Shown here: piece after piece, positions 8,900 to 16,930 of the stretch
How the letters are laid out: every line of letters starts with the position of its first letter
Numbering within the stretch: the first letter of the stretch is position 1
Assembly (NCBI GenBank): GCA_965205485.1
Contig: OZ242180.1
Location: 1,312,001-1,376,000, forward strand
Reading direction: 5' to 3'
Length of the DNA: 64,000 nt
From: Candidatus Latescibacterota bacterium
GTDB taxonomy: Bacteria > Latescibacterota > UBA2968 > GCA-2709665
Program-made: the position numbers and the translations under genes
Notes under the pieces: generated by a model
The model's input: the letters and a program-made list of their open reading frames with translations, nothing else
Told to the model about the DNA's origin: nothing
Database searches by the model: none

Positions 8900-11227
8900 T
8901 CAACGCAATAACGCCGGTCCTTTCTCGTTCTCCCAGTCCATGCGCACACGGTCCCGCCTTCCGTCGGCATGGTCGACGTTGACGGTCCACACGTTTGCGC
9001 GCCGGACGGTTCTTGTCGTGATTCCGGCGGTGACGCGGTCCGTGCCGAAGGGGTATATCACGTACCCCGCTCGGAACGGGAGCCGCGTCCTTCTTCTGTA
9101 TACGGCCACCGGCGCAGGCACGTCCTCCCCGCTGACCGCCAGCCAGCCCTGGACCGGGTCGTTTTGGCCGCAGACCAGCCGGGGCGTCATCCGGGTCAGA
9201 GGAATCAACTCCAGGTTGGGTGCATCCATGCGCCCGGTGCGGACGGCGCCGGTTTCGGAATCTGTCAGCAGACGGAACGGCATGAAGTGGAACAATGCCT
9301 CGTACGTATGGCTGCCCTCGCCCGTCAGTTCATCGAAAACCATGAAATAATCCGGTTTGACGAAAATCACGGCGCGGCGATGCCGGACGGCCGCATCCAG
9401 GTCCGCGTAGGGCGCGTCGTAACTCGCCGCGGCAACATCGGAACCGTCATCCGAATGCCAGAATGTGGAATCGCGGGCGGAACGGGTCCATTGTTCGACG
9501 GTCTGGTTGCGGCCACGGGCCTGCGCGCGGCCGTCCACAAGGACGGTATTGTGGGCCTGCGTGGTCGCATAGAACCGGGTCCAGGGGTTGGTGTAGTACG
9601 ACGTGATGCCGGGATCCACGATAAAGGGCGTGCCGTAGGCATAGACTTCGAAGCTGAGTTTGTCTTCGTGCTGGTGCCAGCGGCCGTAAGGGGCCCCCTC
9701 GAAGAAGAGATATCGCGCGTCCCGGTCCCAGCCGCTCCTCATGATGAAATAGCCCGAGTCGCGCAGGGCGACCGATTCATAGTCCGGCGGCGCGCCCTCA
9801 CGTCCCCCGGTGCCCACCCACACCGCGGTCGGATTGTCGAGGACGCGTCCGGGTCGCTCAAGGGACTCTCCATATTTGGAGTCCATGCTGCCGGCGTCGG
9901 AGACGGAGGGATGGGTGAAGTCCGGTCGGGTGATGGCCACGCACCAGTCGAACATCGATCGAATGCCGGCTTCCAGTTCGGGATCGAGCGGATGGTTGAA
10001 CTTTCGCGCAACCTGAAACGACTCAAGGAACCACGTGGCGATGCTCATTTGGTAACCGGGAGTCAGCTCGTAGGAAGCCCCGTCGGGCATCACCTGGATG
10101 CGCATGTCCTCCAACAGCCTGCGATAGCCTTCTTCCCGCCATTGGGCGGCGTCCCTGAATTCGGGAAAGGCGCAGCCCAATGCGGCGATGGTCCGTGCCT
10201 CGGCAATGGTCTTGTTCGAGGGCGGGAAGGACTGGAAACGCAGCAGACAGGCCTGATGCTCGTAGATCGACTTGAGCATATCGATAATCGTGGTGTCATC
10301 GGTTTCCTGACACGCGCAGAGGACGCGGAACACGTCAACGAGTGTGCTGAACGGCCGGATGGCCACCACGAGCGAATGGCCCCACGGGTACCCGCCGGCG
10401 CGAACGCCGTAGGGTACCGGGCAACGCCGCATCCAGTCCGCGATATATCGCTCGATGGCCTTCGCGTATTTCACGTCACCGGTTTCCCAGAACGCGTCAA
10501 TCGCCGGCCTCAGGAACAGGAGATAGTGGATGGCCAGCGTCCATTCGATGTAGCCGGTTGGATTGGCTTCCCAGTCGATCTCCGTCGACCAGTCCTGCCC
10601 CAGGACCCGGCCTTCCAGCACGCGGTCGGCCTGGTCGGGATCGGCGTTCGGCTCCTGTTCGCTCGGGACCAGTTCCCGGTCGAAGCCGCTGGACCTGAAA
10701 TATCTCGCGACTTCCGTCAGAAGGGACCCATCCCGCGCGTCCTTCAGCATTTCCAGTCCCGGGTATTCCGGGTCCAGCGCGGTGATGAGGTCTTCATCCG
10801 TCATCCGCGGGCCGGGCGTTATTTCCCGCTCCACCAGACGAATATTGCGAAACCGGCTGCCTTGCGGACCTTCAAGCGCTGCCGATCGCGTCTGGTGCCA
10901 TCCCGACGGAATCCCCCGCGTATAGAAACACTCGGAGGGAAACCGGAATTCCCGCCAGCCCTCCCAGATGTTCCCGCCTCGCGGGGAGACGATGGCGTGG
11001 AACAGATAGCCGTCGTCCTCGCTCATGCCCTCGGTGCGGTGGCCCGACGTCAACCGGCACCAGAGCAGGCCGTTCGCGCCGGGCGGCAGATACACGTCGG
11101 CGCGAACTTCGTTTACCCGCCGCCAGTCACTTGAATTCACAGGCAGGTCGACGTCCACTTCGTGCTCGGATTCCACAAGAAGCTGTTCCGAGATTATCGT
11201 ATCGTCCTCAAACTTCGCGAGGTCCAT
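8900..11227 (-). CDS. Heparinase II/III-family polysaccharide/oligosaccharide lyase
   Basis: QVMPDGASYELTPGYQ, DSGYFIMRSGW, HQHEDKLSFEVYAYG.PFIVDPG, AHNTVLVDG motifs; no signal peptide; start ATG 11227 follows an SD. Confidence 0.85.
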   Translation of the reverse strand: MDLAKFEDDTIISEQLLVESEHEVDVDLPVNSSDWRRVNEVRADVYLPPGANGLLWCRLTSGHRTEGMSEDDGYLFHAIVSPRGGNIWEGWREFRFPSECFYTRGIPSGWHQTRSAALEGPQGSRFRNIRLVEREITPGPRMTDEDLITALDPEYPGLEMLKDARDGSLLTEVARYFRSSGFDRELVPSEQEPNADPDQADRVLEGRVLGQDWSTEIDWEANPTGYIEWTLAIHYLLFLRPAIDAFWETGDVKYAKAIERYIADWMRRCPVPYGVRAGGYPWGHSLVVAIRPFSTLVDVFRVLCACQETDDTTIIDMLKSIYEHQACLLRFQSFPPSNKTIAEARTIAALGCAFPEFRDAAQWREEGYRRLLEDMRIQVMPDGASYELTPGYQMSIATWFLESFQVARKFNHPLDPELEAGIRSMFDWCVAITRPDFTHPSVSDAGSMDSKYGESLERPGRVLDNPTAVWVGTGGREGAPPDYESVALRDSGYFIMRSGWDRDARYLFFEGAPYGRWHQHEDKLSFEVYAYGTPFIVDPGITSYYTNPWTRFYATTQAHNTVLVDGRAQARGRNQTVEQWTRSARDSTFWHSDDGSDVAAASYDAPYADLDAAVRHRRAVIFVKPDYFMVFDELTGEGSHTYEALFHFMPFRLLTDSETGAVRTGRMDAPNLELIPLTRMTPRLVCGQNDPVQGWLAVSGEDVPAPVAVYRRRTRLPFRAGYVIYPFGTDRVTAGITTRTVRRANVWTVNVDHADGRRDRVRMDWENEKGPALLR

Positions 11228-11275
11228 GAATCGTCCCCTTCGCGTAGGCGGTTTCAAATCCACTTCAAGGTCTTC

Positions 11276-11419
11276 TCAGTCGCTCCATCTGGCGGTCGCC
11301 CGGAATTGTCCCCATTTCTCTCTTGCTTTCTGGTACTCTGACCGTACTGAGTCAATTGAATCTGCCGGCGTCCCCTTCAGGACCGAATTTTCCAGCTTTG
11401 ATTCGAGGATTGCTCTCAC
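11276..11419 (-). CDS. Possible 47-aa small protein (MRAILESKLENSVLKG...ARWSD)
   Basis: GTG overlaps the upstream TGA (GTGA) and the ORF fills the gap to the lyase gene; no recognisable family. Confidence 0.25.
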   Translation of the reverse strand: MRAILESKLENSVLKGTPADSIDSVRSEYQKAREKWGQFRATARWSD

Positions 11420-12047
11420 TCCTCATCTTCCTCTCTGTAAAACGCTTTCAATGCTGCCTCCGAACCCGTCAGATCAAATTTAAATCTCCACTCATTGAGG
11501 TTTTCTGTAACTTCAGACGGATGTCGTCCTGCCTTCCGCTCTGGTAAATCTTGCAGATGTACATATAGTGTTTGAAATACTTCCTGGTACATTTTCCACA
11601 ATATGGGGCGAAAGGTCTTGACGCGATATATCAGCAGATTACGACCCTTGTATACTTCAACAAACGCATCCTTGAATACACCCATCGCTTCCGTACTGTC
11701 TTTGACAGAAATGAGACGAATAACCACATCTTCATTAGATTCGGCCGCGCCGTGCATTTTGGAGAATCGATCTCCTGGATATTCAATGACAACTGATTTT
11801 TGTGATATCAGTAAGAGACAGTACATCGAATCATCCGAAGCTGGCTTCTTGTACCAATGGCGATGTTTTGGATTTATTGTGCCTCGCTTAATTAACGTCT
11901 TTACCTCATCGAATGGAGAGTGTTCATAGCTGATATACCAGCCCTTCTCCAAAGGCTGGCTCAGGGCGGTGTTGCCGATGAAAATCAAGAGTAAGTACAA
12001 GATAATCCAAAGGCTGGCTCAATCAAGAGTAAGTACAAGATAATCAT
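11416..12047 (-). pseudogene. Hypothetical secreted protein, frameshifted near its 5' end by a 38-bp duplication
   Basis: ATG 12047 overlaps the RDD stop (ATGA) but stops after 20 codons. Removing 12008-12045 restores MIILYLLLIFIGNTALSQPLEK..., in frame with ORF 11416..12000. Confidence 0.6.
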
Positions 12048-12736
12048 AAGTTAAATGCCCTTTCGAAGTGAACCGGTCCCTCGATGTTCGTCCTCACCAC
12101 AACCGTCCCGGCGATATAATCATGTACGGCCCGACGCTTATCATTCGTAAGCATCGTAACGCATTCCGCAACCCACCAGGCCAGTACAACGACAGACGTC
12201 CAAATCTCACGCGAAGTCGTTGCTTCGGTATCGGTTTCGGTGCCAATCAACAGCTCGCCAATAGGTAATCCCACCAAGAATCGATAAGACTCGTAAATAA
12301 GCAGGGGGGCCAGGATAACCAATGGGATGCTGTCTCGGATCAAGGCATGTTTGAAAGTTATCGGTTCCTCGGTTTTTGCGTCAACAACCCTTACGTATGT
12401 AGAACGCTTCCCCACAGTTTGCCCGAATCGACCATGCATATAAATCGTGTAAACCCACCAGTAAGCAGTATTCACGATTAAGACGATCACGAACAACCAA
12501 CGCATATTCTCCCAGAATGATGCCTCCAGTGTAACATAGTATTGCAGAATCAAGCCAACTGGAAAGAGTATCACGCCATCAGTATAACTTGCCCATAATC
12601 GAGGCCAAAAGGTACGATACTTCTGTTCAGGATAAGCAGAATAACCCTTGTAGAATCGCCGGGTATACAATGGAACAACAAGAGGTGACAAACCAAAAGC
12701 TGCAAGAATTAAGAACGCGAAAAAAGCAAATATCAT
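12044..12736 (-). CDS. RDD family membrane protein
   Basis: FWPRLWASYTD, GQTVGK...RVVD, ALIRD, KRRAVHDYIAGTVVV motifs; AT-rich. Confidence 0.88.
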   Translation of the reverse strand: MIFAFFAFLILAAFGLSPLVVPLYTRRFYKGYSAYPEQKYRTFWPRLWASYTDGVILFPVGLILQYYVTLEASFWENMRWLFVIVLIVNTAYWWVYTIYMHGRFGQTVGKRSTYVRVVDAKTEEPITFKHALIRDSIPLVILAPLLIYESYRFLVGLPIGELLIGTETDTEATTSREIWTSVVVLAWWVAECVTMLTNDKRRAVHDYIAGTVVVRTNIEGPVHFERAFNL

Positions 12737-13164
12737 AAATGCCTCCTGGGCCCACTCTCAAGATCATATGTAATTTCCACCCAGACAAGAGTTTATATTA
12801 CTACCCCGACAATGTTGAAAAAAGACGGGGTAATATGTATCCCGGAGGTCCGGTTACGCCGACAGCCCGGGCAGCTTTCAAACCTGCCCCCGGTGTGCCC
12901 TTTCATGCCAGGACGTCGCCAAGCCCGGCTTGAATCCAGGGGTTGACATCAACACCAGCGAGAGTACATTCTGAATGTGCGTGGATTCGCATCACGCGCC
13001 GTGCTTCCTGCGATGTTCGACCCGGGCCGGCGGCGACAGCATCTGATGAAATGCGAAATCTGACAGCTCAGGGCGATGTAGCACGTTCTTATTACCGGGA
13101 GCAGTAAATAGCTGACATCTATTGTGCCTGCTACGGTGACGAGGAAATGGCCCGAACGGGGACG

Positions 13165-13230
13165 CTGAGCTTGTCGAAGCGCCCGCGTTTCGGTACCCTT
13201 CTTCCTTCGCCGACCCTTCGACAAGCTCAG
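13165..13230. repeat. REP-like inverted doublet
   Basis: CTGAGCTTGTCGAAG (13165-13179) and its perfect reverse complement CTTCGACAAGCTCAG (13216-13230), 36-nt spacer. Confidence 0.7.
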
Positions 13231-13354
13231 GGAGCGGCTCAGGGTGTCCGGTCGATGTTATGGAAGGAAGTACCTATCGGGTACCCCCCGTAATAAGACT
13301 TAAGGATTCATCGCTTTGTCCCGGAAAGTAAACATTCGTCCTGCTCTTGGCTTT

Positions 13355-13430
13355 AATCCTGATCGGTTTTGTTCCTGATCCTAGTTTTTAATCCTGCTCA
13401 ATCCTGCAAATCCTGTAAATCCTGATCGGT
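13355..13430. repeat. Imperfect AATCCTG tandem repeat upstream of hemB
   Basis: aatcctgatcggttt ... aatcctgctc aatcctgca aatcctgta aatcctgatcggttt. Confidence 0.7.
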
Positions 13431-13456
13431 TTGGGTTTTTGCACAAAAGAGGCAAT

Positions 13457-14449
13457 ATGGAACTGACCTACCGGCCCCGGCGGTTGAGGCGTACGGAACC
13501 CATAAGGACGCTGACGAGGGAGACCGTGCTGAACGTGGGAGACCTGATCTATCCCATGTTCGTGACGGAAGGCGCCAACGTGCGGGAACCCATCGACTCG
13601 ATGCCCGGTCAATTCCGGTTTTCGGTCGACGAACTCGTGCGTGAGTGCGAGACAGTGTACGGCCTCGGCATCTGCGGGGTGAATCTGTTCGGCTATTCGG
13701 AGGAAAAGGACGAGCGAGCAACAATGGCGTACGCGCCGGACGGATTGATCCAGAAGGCGGTCCGTGCGCTGAAGTCGGCGCTTCCCGACCTATGCGTGCA
13801 GACCGACGTGGCGTTGGACCCTTATACCACGCACGGACACGACGGCCTGCTGATCGACGGCGAGATCGCCAACGACGAGAGCGTCGGGGTGCTGTGCAGG
13901 ATGTCGCTGTCTCACGCAGAGGCGGGCGTGGACTGGGTCACCCCGTCTGACATGATGGATGGACGGATTGGCGCCATCCGGGTGGCGCTGGACGACCATG
14001 GATTCAGTAACGTCGGCATCTTGGCCTATTCCGCCAAATATGCATCATGCTTCTACGGTCCGTTCCGTGGAGCGCTCAAGTCCGCGCCGGTAAAGGCGCG
14101 GGGTGTCCCTGAGGACAAGAAGACGTACCAGATGGATCCTGCCAATATCCGGGAAGCGATGAAGGAGATCGCACTGGATATCGAGGAAGGGGCCGACGTG
14201 GTGATGGTGAAGCCCGCACTGCCGTACCTGGACGTCATTGCGAGCGCGAGGCAGAGCTTCGAAACGCCCATCGCGGCCTACAACGTGTCCGGCGAATACG
14301 GGATGGTCCTTGCGGCCTCGGAGCGCGGCTGGGTGGAGAAGGAGCGCGCGATGGTCGAAACGCTTACGTCCATCAAGCGGGCCGGCGCGGATATGATCCT
14401 GACCTACTTTGCCCCGGAAATGGCGCAATTGTTGAGGGATACTACATAG
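13457..14449 (+). CDS. hemB: Porphobilinogen synthase (delta-aminolevulinate dehydratase)
   Basis: RPRRLRR, PSDMMDGRI, YSAKYASCFYGPFR, KKTYQMDPAN, VMVKPALPYLD, AYNVSGEY. Confidence 0.97.
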   Translation: MELTYRPRRLRRTEPIRTLTRETVLNVGDLIYPMFVTEGANVREPIDSMPGQFRFSVDELVRECETVYGLGICGVNLFGYSEEKDERATMAYAPDGLIQKAVRALKSALPDLCVQTDVALDPYTTHGHDGLLIDGEIANDESVGVLCRMSLSHAEAGVDWVTPSDMMDGRIGAIRVALDDHGFSNVGILAYSAKYASCFYGPFRGALKSAPVKARGVPEDKKTYQMDPANIREAMKEIALDIEEGADVVMVKPALPYLDVIASARQSFETPIAAYNVSGEYGMVLAASERGWVEKERAMVETLTSIKRAGADMILTYFAPEMAQLLRDTT

Positions 14450-14500
14450 CCTTTACACGGGGTGCATTACCCGTAGAAAAACCGAAAAATCAGAATTCGC

Positions 14501-14529
14501 TTGACATCACATTGAGATTTCGATATCGT
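14501..14529 (+). promoter_or_regulatory. Sigma70-like promoter for the trpS leader
   Basis: TTGACA-17 nt-TATCGT. Confidence 0.6.
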
Positions 14530-14569
14530 TGTCCGGTCAGTCACAATCATGTTTAGGAAGGAAAAAGAG

Positions 14570-14647
14570 ATGGCGGCGCGCGGCGGAAGTTCCGGAAGCT
14601 GGTGGTGGTACGACTTCAATTGTACCGGCCGGCTGACTGCGTGCTGA
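14570..14647 (+). CDS. Trp leader peptide MAARGGSSGSWWWYDFNCTGRLTAC
   Basis: SD AGGAAGGA, three tandem TGG codons at 14600-14608, directly upstream of a terminator and trpS. Confidence 0.8.
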   Translation: MAARGGSSGSWWWYDFNCTGRLTAC

Positions 14648-14678
14648 ATTTGAGATTCGGATTTTCTTAAAGATCAAC

Positions 14679-14711
14679 GTCCCTGCCGGCCTGCGGCGGG
14701 GATATTTTTTT
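14679..14711 (+). terminator. Attenuator terminator of the trpS leader
   Basis: GTCCCTGCCG-gcctg-CGGCGGGGAT stem followed by A and T7. Confidence 0.8.
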
Positions 14712-14724
14712 GGAGGAGATGGCG

Positions 14725-15801
14725 ATGGACGAACGGAAACGGATACTCACGGGCGACCGGCCCACCGGAAGGATGCACCTTGGACATTACGTGGGCTCGT
14801 TGAAGAACCGGGTGCGGCTGCAGGACGAATACGAGTGCTTTTTCCTGGTGGCGGACCTGCACATGCTTACGACCCGGCCGCAGAAGGAACACATTCATGC
14901 CCTGCGCGAGAACGTGCGGGAGATGCTGCTGGACTATCTGGCGGTGGGCATCGATCCGTCCAGGTCGACCATTTATCTTCAGTCCGCCATCCACGCCGTT
15001 TACGAGATGAATCTGTTTTTCGAGATGCTGGTGACGCTGCCGAGGGTGGCGCGATTGCCCAGCATCAAGGATATGGCGCGCGCCGCAAGGCTGGATGAAG
15101 AGGCGATTCCGTTCGGGCTGGTCGGATACCCCATTTTGCAGGCGGCGGATATCTTGACGCCCAGGTCGCACCTGGTTCCAGTGGGAAAGGACAATCTGGC
15201 GCACGTGGAGGTCACCCGTGAAATCGCCCGCCGGTTCAACAGCTACTACGGGGAGGTCTTTCCGATTCCGGACGCGTTGATCGGCGAGGTCCCGATTCTC
15301 GTGGGAACGGATGGCCAGGCCAAGATGAGCAAGAGCCTGGACAATGCGATTTTTCTGTCCGACGATGCACAGACCGTGAAGAAGAAGGTGCGGGGGATGT
15401 TTACGGATCCCAACCGGGTCAGAGCCGACATACCCGGCAGGGTGGAAGGGAATCCCGTATTCGTCTACCACGACGCCTTCAACCCGGACAGGGAGGAAGT
15501 AGCGGACCTGAAGTCGAGATACCTCAAGGGGACGGTCGGCGACGTGGAGGTGAAGGAAAAGCTCACCCGGGCGCTGAACGACTTTCTCGATCCGATCCGG
15601 GAGCGGAGGGCGCGATACGAAGCGGATTCCGGTTACGTGGAAAAGGTATTGTACGAGGGAACCCAGCGCGTCCAGGTGGTCGCCGATGAAACGCTCAAGG
15701 CCATGAAGAAGGCGATGGGGCTCACGGGCGTCTGGAACCGCATCTCCAGGAAGGCGCGGGACCGGATGCGGAAATCTGAGCAGATTGACGCCGGATCTTG
15801 A
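14725..15801 (+). CDS. trpS: Tryptophan--tRNA ligase
   Basis: [14 protein letters not shown] (HIGH), [30 protein letters not shown] before ATG 14719/14725. Confidence 0.96.
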   Translation: MDERKRILTGDRPTGRMHLGHYVGSLKNRVRLQDEYECFFLVADLHMLTTRPQKEHIHALRENVREMLLDYLAVGIDPSRSTIYLQSAIHAVYEMNLFFEMLVTLPRVARLPSIKDMARAARLDEEAIPFGLVGYPILQAADILTPRSHLVPVGKDNLAHVEVTREIARRFNSYYGEVFPIPDALIGEVPILVGTDGQAKMSKSLDNAIFLSDDAQTVKKKVRGMFTDPNRVRADIPGRVEGNPVFVYHDAFNPDREEVADLKSRYLKGTVGDVEVKEKLTRALNDFLDPIRERRARYEADSGYVEKVLYEGTQRVQVVADETLKAMKKAMGLTGVWNRISRKARDRMRKSEQIDAGS

Positions 15802-15861
15802 GAATATCCATTGGATAACGTCAAGGCGATTCGACAGGTATCGAACACCGGCAATCCCGTT

Positions 15862-16854
15862 TCACACGTCGGCGTCGGACCGCTCGCTGTTTGCCGCCTC
15901 GAACAGGCCGGCGGCGAGCGCCTCCAGGCGGTCGCGCCAGGCCAGTTTGTCGAGCCACGCGGCGGGGGCGCCCGACATGCCCCACAGCGCGCCGGCAAGC
16001 TGACCGGTCACCGCGGCCACGGTGTCAGCGTCACTGGCGAGATTGGCGGCCAGAATCAGGGCATCCTCGATGGACTCCGACCGGTCCACGCACCACAGCG
16101 CCGCTTCGAGCGTGTGCACGACGTATCCCGACGAGGAGATGGCGTCGCGCTCCTTTGCGCGCCACGAACCCGAGGCCACGTCGGCGATCAGCGCGTCGCC
16201 GGTCCAGTCCCTGGTGCGCATGACGGTTTCCTTCGGCGCGCCGGCGATCGCCTCGATAAGCAGTTCGACAAAGAGCGCGCACGCCTCCACCGCCTGCGCG
16301 GCGCCGTGTGTCGTACGGCTCTGCAACCGGGCGGCCGCCGTCGCTTTGCCTCGATCATGCCACCAACGGATCGCCACCGGCGAGAGGCGCATCAGTGAAC
16401 CGTTGCCCGCGCTTCGCGGATCGGTGCTGCCGCTCAGCGACTCACCGGTTTTTTTAAAAGACCGGAGCGCGGCTTCGGTGGCATTCCCGATATCGAAACA
16501 CACGCCGGTGACCGAATTGTATCCTTCCTCACGCCACCGGAGAAACCGCACCATCAGGTCGTGAACGTCCAACCCGCTCCGTTCCAGCAACGATTCCGCG
16601 AGGCACAGGGCCATGCTCGTATCGTCGGTCCACTCCCCGGCGGCCAACCCGAACGGACCCCCGCCGATCAGATCGGTAACCGGCGGTCTTGCATCCCTCG
16701 ACGAGAATTCGAGTGTCGTGCCGAGCGCGTCGCCCAGCGCCAGCCCCACCAGCGCCCCCTTCGCGCGGTAAAGCGCCGCCGCCATGTCAGGTACGGACGC
16801 CCCGCCGTCACGCAACTTTCGCAAATCCTCCACTGATCGCCTGCTGCCAGACAT
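15862..16854 (-). CDS. ADP-ribosylglycohydrolase (DraG/ARH family)
   Basis: GLALGDALG, EWTDDTSMALCLAESL, AGNGSLMR, DADTVAAVTGQLAGA. Confidence 0.93.
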   Translation of the reverse strand: MSGSRRSVEDLRKLRDGGASVPDMAAALYRAKGALVGLALGDALGTTLEFSSRDARPPVTDLIGGGPFGLAAGEWTDDTSMALCLAESLLERSGLDVHDLMVRFLRWREEGYNSVTGVCFDIGNATEAALRSFKKTGESLSGSTDPRSAGNGSLMRLSPVAIRWWHDRGKATAAARLQSRTTHGAAQAVEACALFVELLIEAIAGAPKETVMRTRDWTGDALIADVASGSWRAKERDAISSSGYVVHTLEAALWCVDRSESIEDALILAANLASDADTVAAVTGQLAGALWGMSGAPAAWLDKLAWRDRLEALAAGLFEAANSERSDADV

Positions 16855-16875
16855 ATTCTCAGACCTCTGCCTCGC

Positions 16876-16913
16876 AAAAGAGGGGCTGCGGCAGTCGCCG
16901 CAGCCCCTCTTTT
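16876..16913. terminator. Intrinsic terminator after the TonB-dependent receptor
   Basis: AAAAGAGGGGCTGCGGC...GCCGCAGCCCCTCTTTT, long perfect stem with A/T tails. Confidence 0.8.
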
Positions 16914-16930
16914 GTTATCCTGCGGCTTCA

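Noticed and set aside
8969..11134. 721-aa + strand ORF
   Set aside because: Antisense shadow of the heparinase-like gene; typical of GC-rich codon bias, with no motifs.
13355..13430. CRISPR-like array
   Set aside because: Units are 7-15 bp without unique 30-40 bp spacers, and there are no cas genes.
14530..14711. T-box riboswitch upstream of trpS
   Set aside because: The leader is short and I see no stem I or T-box consensus; the WWW leader peptide explains the terminator better.
15862..16854. ADP-ribosylglycohydrolase as part of a toxin-antitoxin or defence system
   Set aside because: No adjacent ADP-ribosyltransferase, macrodomain or other defence gene in the window.
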